Origin: Alphaproteobacteria bacterium
GTDB lineage: Bacteria > Pseudomonadota > Alphaproteobacteria > RF32 > CAG-239
DNA: 64,000 nucleotides
Direction of reading: 5' to 3'
NCBI GenBank assembly: GCA_016288295.1
Contig: JAEEYV010000039.1
Location: forward strand, 10,156 to 74,155
Part shown: positions 15,232 to 24,200 of the stretch, piece after piece
Position numbering within the stretch: position 1 is the first letter of the stretch
Layout of the letters: every line of letters starts with the position of its first letter
Program-made: the position numbers and the translations under genes
Notes under the pieces: generated by a model
Told to the model about the DNA's origin: nothing
What the model saw: the letters and a program-made list of their open reading frames with translations, nothing else
The model's database searches: none

Positions 15232-17577
15232 TTAATAATTTTCTGCCAAAGCGTAAACTTCGGGATTTACATAATAAGTAGTCCGGCGTTTGCCTTTGGT
15301 TGTTCCGGCGCGTGTGCATTCATAACGTAGCCAATTCAGCTCCACCAATCTTTTAGCGGCAGTTTCTGTCGGCTCCTTGCGGCGCAGATATTTTACCGTG
15401 CCATTGTTATAAACATCACGTAAAATAAAGCTTTCAGGTTTGTTTTCGATAATCCATCGAGCCAATGCTCGTGCCTCAATATTATATACCGGACTATAAT
15501 ACATATAATAAACACGTTCACACATAGGTAATAAATAGGTATCGTAAAGATTTATAGCTGCCTTGACCGCGTCTTCGCTGACTTCTGTCGGCTCAGTAAA
15601 TTCCGAATTACTCCACCACAAAAGCTCTAAAAGTAACGCAAGCCTAAGGACATAACCTTGTCCTTTGCCAAGAAAATATTTGATATTGCTTTCTTCCTGC
15701 TGGGTTCTGGTTAAATGTTCAATATACCAAGTGCTAAAAACATCTTTTGCTTTTATACTTAATGGCAAGCATTTTTTCTGTTCTTCTGCAAAATCTGCAT
15801 ATGGATTTAATAAAGTATCCAGTTTTTGCAATGCTTTAAGCGCGGTTTCCGGCAAAGCAATATTTTGCGGTATAGCAGGCGGTATCACCGCTGGATACAC
15901 CCAAAGAAAGCGGGCAAGGAAGCCGTCGCCGCGCTCATCAAAAACCGTGTCTACGAGCCTTTGAGGCTGTATAGTGCCGAACACCGATACCAACAGATTT
16001 TTAATTTCTAATCGGTCGTCGTCATATTTAACGCGGTCGCATACAAACTTGTGCCCGTTAAATGCCTCGAGCCAAAAACCGCGCTCGGAACTGCCGCTGT
16101 TGTAACGATTCATACCACAAATCCACGCCGACAATTCATCGCGGAAAAGAATAGCCCCCTTTATGTTGCGCTCCATATCTTTGGTGATTGCCTCTTGTGT
16201 AGTATCACCGTAAACAAAGCGATATGTTTGCGGTTTTGCCGGAATAATAGCGGCATTTGGAAAATTGCTTGCAGTATCGGGATTTTCTTTGACCTTTTCT
16301 TCCCATTCTTTTTTGCGTTGCTTAGCAACTTCTCTAGTACGTTTCCATTCTGCTAGTTTTGCAAAATAAGGCTCTTTATGGTCTTCCTCAATTTGATTCA
16401 AAATACGCCGAATAGGAGTAGTTGCCGGTGTTTTGCCGGAGCTTGGCTCTCCGACAGCACCAATCCATAAACAGCATGGTTCAATCCATTCAGCCCAAGG
16501 TGAAACAGAACGCGACAAACCAATAACACCTGCTGCGCCGGCTAGCAATGAAAATGCCACATAGTCAACCGGCGCATTAGTATTTTGTGCCGTTTGCACT
16601 ACCCACGGCTCCAAGCTTTTAAATATGCTTGTATCAAGCCGTGGCGCCGGTAACAAGTCCTTAGTTTTAAGAATATCCATATCCGGTTCTGTGTCTGCTT
16701 GATTATCGCTGTGAGCTTCTGAAAACTTGATAGCATTGCTAACTGTTTTTACTGTCTCTGCTTTTGTTAATCCTGATTCAAGCGCGGCATTTACAACATC
16801 TTCTTTGATTTCAGAAATATCGCGAAATTGCCTATCTGCACTATTACAAATTTTGATAGTATTACTTAACAATCTATCGTTCCGTGTTCCCTCAGGAGCG
16901 TTGGCTATTTCATCAAGCAACATATCAATATCTGTTTTTTCGGGATTGTTAATTAAATCAATCAACCATTCTGGTGCAGTTGGAAAATCTTGACTAAAGT
17001 CAAAATTAACCCAAGTATATTTATTACCGTTTTCGTGAATAGATGGTGGTGCTACAACATAGCCTCCATTACCGCGTATATCAATATGCGGAGCTATTTT
17101 ACTCGTACTGCATTTGATTTCTACCCATTCCGGCATTTTGAAATACAAATGCTTACCTTTTCCGGTGCTAACGGTCGGGGCTTTGAGTTTACCATATTTA
17201 TTTTCAAACTCAGCTAAAGATTTTGCGCCGCTTTCACCATCTACATCAACAACAAAGATATTATTGATTGCTCCGGTCGGAATGCCTATATTGCAATCTG
17301 GAAATTGCTTATTCCATTCCTGCAATACGACTTTATCAGCGGTTGCGTCATTAAAACCATGCGGGCAAAGCGGTGATTTGCCTTGCTTTTTTACCGGAAA
17401 GGTTTTAATATTGCTTTGTGCGTAAAATGTAGCAATATCCAAAAAGTTGGTCGCTTCGTTGATATTGCAAACATTTTGGTTATTGAGAGCAGATGCGCTA
17501 ACATCTTCTCTCGGAGGGAGTGGAGAGGCTTGCGCCTCTCGCTCCATTTGTTCAATTAAAATGTTTTTTAGTTTCAT
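15232..17577 (-). CDS. bifunctional Prim-Pol domain fused to a P-loop NTPase (DUF3987/YfjI- or D5-like) replicase
   Basis: N-terminal PLCPHGFNDAT...IFVVDVDGE...GKGKHLYF...IDIRGNGGYVVAPPSIHENGNKYTW is the Prim-Pol pattern. Central Walker A GEPSSGKTPA. 781 aa. Confidence 0.85.
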   Translation of the reverse strand: MKLKNILIEQMEREAQASPLPPREDVSASALNNQNVCNINEATNFLDIATFYAQSNIKTFPVKKQGKSPLCPHGFNDATADKVVLQEWNKQFPDCNIGIPTGAINNIFVVDVDGESGAKSLAEFENKYGKLKAPTVSTGKGKHLYFKMPEWVEIKCSTSKIAPHIDIRGNGGYVVAPPSIHENGNKYTWVNFDFSQDFPTAPEWLIDLINNPEKTDIDMLLDEIANAPEGTRNDRLLSNTIKICNSADRQFRDISEIKEDVVNAALESGLTKAETVKTVSNAIKFSEAHSDNQADTEPDMDILKTKDLLPAPRLDTSIFKSLEPWVVQTAQNTNAPVDYVAFSLLAGAAGVIGLSRSVSPWAEWIEPCCLWIGAVGEPSSGKTPATTPIRRILNQIEEDHKEPYFAKLAEWKRTREVAKQRKKEWEEKVKENPDTASNFPNAAIIPAKPQTYRFVYGDTTQEAITKDMERNIKGAILFRDELSAWICGMNRYNSGSSERGFWLEAFNGHKFVCDRVKYDDDRLEIKNLLVSVFGTIQPQRLVDTVFDERGDGFLARFLWVYPAVIPPAIPQNIALPETALKALQKLDTLLNPYADFAEEQKKCLPLSIKAKDVFSTWYIEHLTRTQQEESNIKYFLGKGQGYVLRLALLLELLWWSNSEFTEPTEVSEDAVKAAINLYDTYLLPMCERVYYMYYSPVYNIEARALARWIIENKPESFILRDVYNNGTVKYLRRKEPTETAAKRLVELNWLRYECTRAGTTKGKRRTTYYVNPEVYALAENY

Positions 17578-17906
17578 TTCATACCTCCGCTTTTATAACT
17601 AAAAATTTGTGGTCGACTTTTAATAATTTCATTTTTTGTATTCTCCTTTTCATTTTCGGGGTTGCAAAATTTCTTTTTTATGTATAGGATTACATCGTTT
17701 ACATCATAGTAAGCTTTGCCGTTTACGTAGTAAACTTCGCCTATTCCTTTTTCTGGGTTTTCATAATCAATATTTCGTAATGTGTTTCTGCTCAGAAATG
17801 GGAGTATTTCGCAAAGCTTAACTCGGCTAATTAAAGGTGCTTGTTCGAGAAGTTTACTTTTGTAAATTTCAAAGAATCTTGGCGATAAATCATTGTTTTT
17901 CTTCAT
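17574..17906 (-). CDS. AlpA/excisionase-like HTH DNA-binding protein
   Basis: ISRVKLCEILPFLSRNTLRNI...VNGKAYYDVNDVILYI fits the MerR-type Xis/AlpA fold pattern. Start set at MKKNND (AGGAA RBS). Stop overlaps the replicase ATG (ATGA). Confidence 0.6.
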   Translation of the reverse strand: MKKNNDLSPRFFEIYKSKLLEQAPLISRVKLCEILPFLSRNTLRNIDYENPEKGIGEVYYVNGKAYYDVNDVILYIKKKFCNPENEKENTKNEIIKSRPQIFSYKSGGMK

Positions 17907-18066
17907 TTTTCGTTTCCTTTTTCGAAAGTTATGAAAAAACACCATTGTTTTTTCGCGCTATAACGACCAAAGACCTCAATTCACCTTTTTTGGGTGCAAA
18001 AATATTTTGAGTGCGGAACTAAAAAAAAGCCCCGAAATAATAAACAAAATAATATGTTAAACTGCT

Positions 18067-19194
18067 CTAATTAAGCTTAGAAACAGCCTCTCGTAGCGTT
18101 TCATTTGCCAAGTGTGAATAGCGTTGAGTCATTGCAATATCGGAATGTCCTAACAGTTCTTTGACTTCGTAAAGTGAAACGCGTTTTTGCACTAACCGAC
18201 TGGCAAATGTGTGCCTTAAAGAATGAAAAACTACTTTTTGCCTGCGGTCTGTAACACCTTTATTTAATCCCAATGCTTTGACTGCACGTTCAAAAGTGCG
18301 TGAAACGTGTTCTATTTTCTTTCCCTCTCTGCTTTGAAAGATTAATTCATTGCCTTCATGCTGTTTTAATTTTGAAAGTTCATCAAAAACACGGTCTGTC
18401 ATATAGGCATAACGATTCTTACTATTTTTGGTATCACGCAAAAATAGCATTTTTTCTTCTAGGCTTACATCTGCCCAAGTAAGTCTGAAAATTTCTCCGG
18501 CGCGTAGTCCGCAATCGGCGGAAATAAGTGCCATTACATAAACTTGATAGCTATGTTTCTTTATTTCTGTTAAAAGATTGTTTAAATCTTCTTCGCTTAA
18601 AAACTTTACACGTTGATTATCTTCCTTTTTCAGCTCGTCAAATCTTGCTGCTGGATTTTCCCCTGCAAATAGCTCATATTTAATTGCAAAATTGAAAACT
18701 TGTCGCGTTAGTGCAATAGCATAGCGTTTCGTACGATTAGATAAATGTTTTTTATCCATAGCTTGAATTAACCTAGTGAGGCTTTTGAGGCTAATGAGGT
18801 TTAACTTAACATCTCCCAAAAAAGGTCTAAGCCATACTTTATATAGGTTAACTTCTCTGTCATATGTTGATTTTTTGTCTTTATTTTGAATATGCGGCTG
18901 ATAATATTCTTCAAAAAGCTCCGAGAACGTCATATTTGCCGCCTCATTAGCAATTCTTTCTTGTTCGCGTTGGTTGTTTTTATCGCGTAAAGAAGATACT
19001 TTACCTGCTTTTATATCTTGTTTTAATTCTTTTAAAATTTCGTAGGTTTTTTCTGCCGTAAATCCGTCTGATTTATAACCGATGCCTTCTTCACACTGCT
19101 TACCGTTTTTGGTATAGCGAATAGAAAAGTAAATATCTTTTCTACCATTTCTTATGCGATTTGCTGTTCGCACTCCAGGAAAACTTTTTACCAT
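18067..19194 (-). CDS. tyrosine recombinase / phage-type integrase
   Basis: C-terminal catalytic blocks: ADCGLRAGEI (Arg), HSLRHTFAS (H-x-x-R), LGHSDIAMTQRYSH (His, Tyr). Start set at MVKSFPG with a GGAGA RBS. Confidence 0.9.
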   Translation of the reverse strand: MVKSFPGVRTANRIRNGRKDIYFSIRYTKNGKQCEEGIGYKSDGFTAEKTYEILKELKQDIKAGKVSSLRDKNNQREQERIANEAANMTFSELFEEYYQPHIQNKDKKSTYDREVNLYKVWLRPFLGDVKLNLISLKSLTRLIQAMDKKHLSNRTKRYAIALTRQVFNFAIKYELFAGENPAARFDELKKEDNQRVKFLSEEDLNNLLTEIKKHSYQVYVMALISADCGLRAGEIFRLTWADVSLEEKMLFLRDTKNSKNRYAYMTDRVFDELSKLKQHEGNELIFQSREGKKIEHVSRTFERAVKALGLNKGVTDRRQKVVFHSLRHTFASRLVQKRVSLYEVKELLGHSDIAMTQRYSHLANETLREAVSKLN

Positions 19195-19367
19195 TTCAAA
19201 ATCTCCGTTTCGGTTTATCTGATACCTAAAGTATACCGAAACGGTTCGGAAAATCGAGAACACCTAGGTACGCCAAGGTACGCTAGGCAAAAAATTTTTT
19301 TTGCTTAAACTGTTTGAAAAATCAATAAAAAATGTGGAAATTTAAATACTTGGAAAATTCTATTTTG

Positions 19368-19410
19368 GGTTTTGGAGACCGATGCTCTACCAACTGAGCT
19401 ATACCCCTAA
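19368..19410. repeat. right att core: orphan 5' half of tRNA-Trp
   Basis: Identical to 9737-9779. The sequence to its left (19321-19367) has no similarity to the tRNA 3' half. Confidence 0.9.
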
Positions 19411-19422
19411 TGACTGGATAGA

Positions 19423-19450
19423 TTAATACACTATCCTAAAAATAAATCAA
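19423..19450 (-). promoter_or_regulatory. putative native tRNA-Trp promoter, now driving only the tRNA fragment
   Basis: Minus strand: TTGATT (19445-19450), 16-nt spacer, TATTAA (19423-19428), 14 nt before tRNA position 1. The -35 region aaaagtgcTTGATTt is nearly identical to that at 9815-9829. Confidence 0.45.
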
Positions 19451-19484
19451 GCACTTTTTCACCTATCACTAATTTCCTTCAAGA

Positions 19485-20027
19485 TCATGCGGACATTACT
19501 GCGATAAATTCGTGGCGATGCCCATCAATATCGCACCACATTTCATAAAATTCATCTGCTCTAACCAGGCGCGTTTCATCATAATACGGATCATAAAACA
19601 AAATTCGATGTTCTTTTAAGTCACCCTTTCCACCTGTAGCAATATAAGCCAAAACAACAACCCAATGAGCACAATTATACAAGCATTCAGCCATAACATA
19701 ATATTTTTCTTTCAAAAGGTTATTCAACAATTTAAGTGATATTTCTTGATTGGCAAAATCTAAACATGACAGCACTTTTTTCTTGCCAAGCATTTTTTTA
19801 CTCATAATTTCTTCGGTATAGTGAGGCCCCTTAACCAAATCGTACTTTTTTATAAACTCTGCCTCAGATAAAACCTTATCACCAAAAGCCGACAAAATCG
19901 TCCTGATTGCCGCCACTGAACAAGTCCAGTTTTTTTCCTGCCGGTACAACCTAGGTGGGACCATACCACACGATACATAGGATTCACTTTTTCTCATCTT
20001 CAAACCTTCATCTTTGCATTTTCTCAT
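19485..20027 (-). CDS. papain-fold cysteine peptidase, C39-like domain protein
   Basis: Q-x5-WTC (NWTCSVAAIRTIL), AHWVVVLAY and FYDPYYD fit a Cys-His-Asp arrangement. Start ambiguous (20027 or 19997). The track start at 20099 would overlap lptG. Confidence 0.55.
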   Translation of the reverse strand: MRKCKDEGLKMRKSESYVSCGMVPPRLYRQEKNWTCSVAAIRTILSAFGDKVLSEAEFIKKYDLVKGPHYTEEIMSKKMLGKKKVLSCLDFANQEISLKLLNNLLKEKYYVMAECLYNCAHWVVVLAYIATGGKGDLKEHRILFYDPYYDETRLVRADEFYEMWCDIDGHRHEFIAVMSA

Positions 20028-20052
20028 ACCGGTTTTCCTAAAAAAGCTTTCT

Positions 20053-21171
20053 TTAATTTCCCTCCAAATGAAGCAGGAGTGATGTCGCCACCATTGCAAT
20101 AATCAACGTTGGTGTCCACACTGCCAACAATATCGGAATGTAATTATTAATTCCGAATGCATAAATAATCTGCGACATAAAATATACAATAAATCCGGTT
20201 GTAATTCCTCCAACAATCATGTACATCACGCCGCCTCGGCGATTATTGCCACGCAGAGAAAACACCGCTGCAATCAAAACCATTGCCATCAGCAAAAAAG
20301 GTGATGCCCACAGTGACAGATACCGCATCTTGTGGCGAACCACTGAAAAACCTGACTTCTCGTAAAATTCTATCGTATTCGGCAAATCCCAAAACGAAAT
20401 CGCCTCCGGCTCAATAAAGTTTTCTTTAATTCGCTCAATAGTTAGTGACGTCTTATAATCAAAATCATTAAGCTTTTGCGTCGGTTTTCCGGTTTCAAAA
20501 ATCCGAACATCTTTCATTTCTATTTTATTATTATGCAGTTCTGCGGCATAAGCCTCGACGCGCTTCAATAACATTGAATTTGGGCTCATTTCCAACAAAC
20601 TGACTTTACGCATCAGCAACAAATCATCTTCTTGCCGAACCGATTTTGCCTCCAACACCAAGATATTTCCGTTTTCTCCGGCCTCTCTAATCCATAGTCC
20701 TTTGTTTGAAAACAATACTGCATCAGGGTTTTGGGTCTTAAAACGATAATTCATAGTTTCATATACTTCATACATATACGATGAAATCGGATTAATTATT
20801 CCTATATTAACAATTCCGACCAAAAATACTATTGCCAACACCGGTATCAAGAATCCCCAGATCGACACTCCCGCTGCGCGCATAATCACAAATTCATTTG
20901 ACCGACTGACTTTCCAAAAAGTCACCATAGCTGCAATCATCATTACAAAAGGAAAAACAAGCTCAAACGATCGTGGCATTTTTACTAACGCCATTTTTAC
21001 CACAAAACCAAATCCCACATCAGGACGATCAGCTGTACGCCGCAAAAGTTCGATAATATCAAACATCATAATAATGCCGACAATCATCAGCAATACCACT
21101 AAAAAACTCATCAACATTTGACGCGATAAATATCTGCCTAAAATTGAATTTGGTCTCATATCATTCCTCAA
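20053..21171 (-). CDS. lptG: LPS export ABC transporter permease LptG (YjgP/YjgQ family)
   Basis: 372 aa with 6 TM segments and a central periplasmic beta-jellyroll region. The N-terminal ILGRYLSRQ pattern is typical of LptF/G. Confidence 0.8.
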   Translation of the reverse strand: MRNDMRPNSILGRYLSRQMLMSFLVVLLMIVGIIMMFDIIELLRRTADRPDVGFGFVVKMALVKMPRSFELVFPFVMMIAAMVTFWKVSRSNEFVIMRAAGVSIWGFLIPVLAIVFLVGIVNIGIINPISSYMYEVYETMNYRFKTQNPDAVLFSNKGLWIREAGENGNILVLEAKSVRQEDDLLLMRKVSLLEMSPNSMLLKRVEAYAAELHNNKIEMKDVRIFETGKPTQKLNDFDYKTSLTIERIKENFIEPEAISFWDLPNTIEFYEKSGFSVVRHKMRYLSLWASPFLLMAMVLIAAVFSLRGNNRRGGVMYMIVGGITTGFIVYFMSQIIYAFGINNYIPILLAVWTPTLIIAMVATSLLLHLEGN

Positions 21172-21216
21172 TCGGTTGGTTGAAGCATAACCAAAAATAA
21201 CCCTTTTTGCAAGCCG

Positions 21217-21885
21217 TCATTTTATTGATTCTGCTTCTTCCATCAACTCTTTCACAAAATGTTCAAGTCCTTTCTGCTGACGAGTGCGCTTCATTCTCTC
21301 ACCCCAGATAATGTGCATAATTGTTTCAGATGCATATTCTGGATTTTCGCATACGACAACATAATCAAATTCCTGCCAGTGACTAAGTTTCTCGCCTATA
21401 AGTTTCATCCGCTTCTCAATTACTTCATGGCTGTCCGTTCCACGCTTTTCCAGTCTTCTTCTCACCTCTTTAACTGACGGCGGTAACATATAAATCGTAA
21501 CCACATCTTGAGGAGCTTTTTCTTTTACCTGTCGAGCCCCCATCCAATCAATGTCAAAAATCACATCTTCACCAAGAGCCAAAAATCTATCAACTTCCGA
21601 ACGCAAAGTAGCATAACGATTCCCATACTGCGAATCTACATATTCATAAAAAGCATCTTCCTCCTTATATTTATCATATTGCTCGTCCGAAATAAAATGA
21701 TAATCCACTCCATCAACCTCGTTACTCCGTGGTGGGCGGGTTGTTACGGATACCGAAAATTTCAGCTTATCATCTTTCTTCAGCAACTCTTTAATTATTG
21801 TTCCTTTTCCTGTTCCCGACGGAGCCTCAATCAAAAACATTGCCCCTCGTCTTTCCCGGCTCAAGTAATCAATAACATCTTCCAT
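21217..21885 (-). CDS. gmk: guanylate kinase
   Basis: PSGTGKGT P-loop. SVSVTTRPPRSNEVDGVDYHF signature. Confidence 0.92.
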   Translation of the reverse strand: MEDVIDYLSRERRGAMFLIEAPSGTGKGTIIKELLKKDDKLKFSVSVTTRPPRSNEVDGVDYHFISDEQYDKYKEEDAFYEYVDSQYGNRYATLRSEVDRFLALGEDVIFDIDWMGARQVKEKAPQDVVTIYMLPPSVKEVRRRLEKRGTDSHEVIEKRMKLIGEKLSHWQEFDYVVVCENPEYASETIMHIIWGERMKRTRQQKGLEHFVKELMEEAESIK

Positions 21886-21888
21886 AGC

Positions 21889-22773
21889 TTACTCCATATT
21901 CTGCACTTGTTCTCTAAATTGTTCAATTGTCGCCTTTAATTCCATGCCACAATTTATAATTTCAACATCTGCGGCTTTAGAACAGGTTGTATTAGCCTCA
22001 CGATTAAGTTCCTGACACAAAAAATCGAGTCTGCGCCCCACACTTTGGCCACTTTGCAATAATTGCTCAGCTGTCTTAATATGTGCCTGCAAACGATCAG
22101 TTTCTTCTCTGATATCGGCACGATTTACCAAAAACACAATTTCTTGCGCTAACCGCTCTTCACTAACATCGGCATTTTCACCTAAATATTCAGCAATTTG
22201 TTGTTTAAGCTTTTCCGCGATTTGTTCCGGCATTTTATCAGCTTTTGCAATTATTTGCTCAACAATACTTTTAATCTTTTGCAATAATACAGACAAAGCT
22301 TTAGCGATTTTTTCACCCTCACGTTGCCGATCTACCTGCAATTCAGCGCAACATTTTTCAAAACCTTCTTTTAACTCATTACCCAACTTTACCAAAGTAT
22401 CTTCATCAAAAGTTCTGCGCTCAATCTCAATTACACCGTTAACATTCAACAACTCACCCATTGTCGGCATTTGCAAATTTCCGTTTTTACAAAACTCTTT
22501 TGATGTTTCCATCAGTTTAGCCAACAATTCATTATTGATTTTTACATTATCGGCACTCTGCTCGGTCTTTACATCTAAATTTACGTTCACCGTTCCGCGC
22601 TCAAAATATTTTTGTGCAATTGTTTTCAGTTCACCGCTCATATTTTCCAACATTTGCGGTGCTCTCATCTTAAAATCAAAATTTTTAGCATTAACGCTTT
22701 TAGCCTCGAAAGCCCAATCAAAAGCAATCTCATCAATTTCACAATGACCGCTTGAACGCCCGAAACCTGTCAT
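21889..22773 (-). CDS. YicC family stress-induced protein
   Basis: MTGFGRS N-terminus and C-terminal DFLCQELNREANTTCSKA block. Start moved to 22773. Confidence 0.85.
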   Translation of the reverse strand: MTGFGRSSGHCEIDEIAFDWAFEAKSVNAKNFDFKMRAPQMLENMSGELKTIAQKYFERGTVNVNLDVKTEQSADNVKINNELLAKLMETSKEFCKNGNLQMPTMGELLNVNGVIEIERRTFDEDTLVKLGNELKEGFEKCCAELQVDRQREGEKIAKALSVLLQKIKSIVEQIIAKADKMPEQIAEKLKQQIAEYLGENADVSEERLAQEIVFLVNRADIREETDRLQAHIKTAEQLLQSGQSVGRRLDFLCQELNREANTTCSKAADVEIINCGMELKATIEQFREQVQNME

Positions 22774-22858
22774 ACTGGATATATTCAAAAATTTTCTCCT
22801 CAAATTATTTTTTTTGTTATTATATCCATAAAAGATTAACAATTAATGGATAAAAGCC

Positions 22859-23620
22859 ATGACCAAATTCAAAAATATTTTAATAACCGGTGCATCATCC
22901 GGTATCGGTGAAGCTTTAGCTTTGCATTACGCCGCAATTGGTGCTGAAAATATTTTTATTTGCGGACGTAATGCCGACCGCCTTGAACAAGTTGCTCAAA
23001 GATGTTCTGCAAAAGGTGTCAAGGTTCACACCCAAATCCTTGATGTCAGCGATAAAAACACTGTTCTTAACTGGATTAATGAGGCAAATACCCAAGCCCC
23101 ACTCAATCTTGTAATTGCCAACGCCGGAGTTGCTACTTTGCAGGAAACCCCCGACAACATTTATAATACCTTCAATATCAATGTTTTTGGCGTTCTAAAC
23201 ACCATTCATCCTACACTTGATATTTATCAAAATCGTAAAGACGATTCGCCTAAAGCTATTGCAATCTTAAGTTCAATTGCCGGCTATCACGGATTAGCCG
23301 CCTGCCCGTCTTATAGTGCCAGCAAAGCATGCGTAAAAGCCTATGGCGAAGCCCTACGTGCCGCTTACTTAAAACAAAACATTCAAATCAACGTTATCTG
23401 TCCCGGCTTTGTAAAATCACGCATAACAGACAAAAACACTTGCCCGATGCCCTTTTTTATGTCTGCTGAAAAAGCCGCTGACATAATAGCTTCACGCCTG
23501 GAAAGAAATGTCGGGCTCATTGCCTTTCCTTGGCCAATGCGATTTGCCACCTGGGCATTATCCATTGTCCCAAATTGCGTAAGTACTTACATATATTCAA
23601 AACTACCACATAAAGTGTAA
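22859..23620 (+). CDS. short-chain dehydrogenase/reductase (SDR) family oxidoreductase
   Basis: TGASSGIGEA cofactor motif, NAG, YSASKA catalytic motif. Confidence 0.9.
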   Translation: MTKFKNILITGASSGIGEALALHYAAIGAENIFICGRNADRLEQVAQRCSAKGVKVHTQILDVSDKNTVLNWINEANTQAPLNLVIANAGVATLQETPDNIYNTFNINVFGVLNTIHPTLDIYQNRKDDSPKAIAILSSIAGYHGLAACPSYSASKACVKAYGEALRAAYLKQNIQINVICPGFVKSRITDKNTCPMPFFMSAEKAADIIASRLERNVGLIAFPWPMRFATWALSIVPNCVSTYIYSKLPHKV

Positions 23621-23631
23621 TTAGTGCCACC

Positions 23632-23769
23632 ACCATAAACCAACGTTTATGTCAACCAATTTTGTCAATTTTTTACAAAAAAAGAATCGTGAAAATACAG
23701 CTAGTTATATCTTAGGTTAAAATCAAAAAATCATGTAAACACCTATCATCATAAACGTTGGTTTATGGT
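23632..23769. promoter_or_regulatory. pair of identical palindromic sites (CATAAAC-N4-GTTTATG) forming a perfect 20-bp inverted repeat
   Basis: 23632-23651 accataaaccaacgtttatg. 23750-23769 cataaacgttggtttatggt is its exact reverse complement. Each arm is itself a 7-bp-armed palindrome. Confidence 0.5.
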
Positions 23770-23822
23770 AAGATAAGGCATATAAATTATAATTAATATT
23801 TATTAACCTAAATTTTATCGAA

Positions 23823-24080
23823 ATGTCAGAAACAACGAAAGATGCTGTCGAGCGCGCACAAGAGTTTTTTAGCAAGCCGGGACGCGAAATTCCCAAATTG
23901 GCTTTTGTCTATGCACAAGAACTTTGCAGACGGTACGGCGGTTGCTGTGAGGTTATCATTTCTGCCTATGCGCACTACGCACAGTTAGAAGAAGGACTGC
24001 CCTGCAATGATGACCTCTATTGCGCATCAGAAGAAGATAAGGAGCTCTTTGCTTCGGTTAAAGCTTCTTTGACAGACTAA
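23823..24080 (+). CDS. hypothetical protein, 85 aa, Cys-containing, in a G+C-richer patch
   Basis: ORF in the track, followed by a hairpin terminator. Confidence 0.5.
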   Translation: MSETTKDAVERAQEFFSKPGREIPKLAFVYAQELCRRYGGCCEVIISAYAHYAQLEEGLPCNDDLYCASEEDKELFASVKASLTD

Positions 24081-24095
24081 CATTCTGCTTGATCT

Positions 24096-24136
24096 AAAAA
24101 AGACTAGCCGCCAAACAACGCGGCTGGTCTTTTTTA
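24096..24136 (+). terminator. intrinsic terminator
   Basis: aaaaaagactagccg / cggctggtctttttt stem with one G-T pair. Confidence 0.7.
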
Positions 24137-24154
24137 GTATGGCTCATATACCAT

Positions 24155-24182
24155 AAAAAAGCCACCGCTATGGTGGCTTTTC
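24155..24182 (-). terminator. intrinsic terminator of the dsbA-like gene
   Basis: gccacc / ggtggc stem flanked by an A-run and a T-run. Confidence 0.65.
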
Positions 24183-24200
24183 ATTAATCAAGTTTCAACA

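Larger units (their letters stand above)
9737..19410. mobile_element. tRNA-Trp-inserted integrative element (int, alpA-like, Prim-Pol replicase, cargo); P4-like/satellite-like architecture with no structural or conjugation genes seen
   Basis: 43-bp perfect direct repeats at both ends. Tyrosine integrase next to the right repeat. Replicase and excisionase-like genes in the same orientation. Cargo genes have no housekeeping character. Confidence 0.85.

Noticed and set aside
19264-19300. ggtacgc-caa-ggtacgc direct repeat and the gcaaaaaattttttttgc palindrome upstream of int as arm-type integrase or IHF sites.
   Set aside because: They are plausible but too short to tell from chance by eye, and no matching copies were found near the left end of the element.
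23632-23769. The 138-bp unit with 20-bp terminal inverted repeats as a MITE.
   Set aside because: No target-site duplication flanks it (gtgccacc on the left, aagataagg on the right), and no second copy was seen in the window. It is kept as an operator-pair hypothesis instead.
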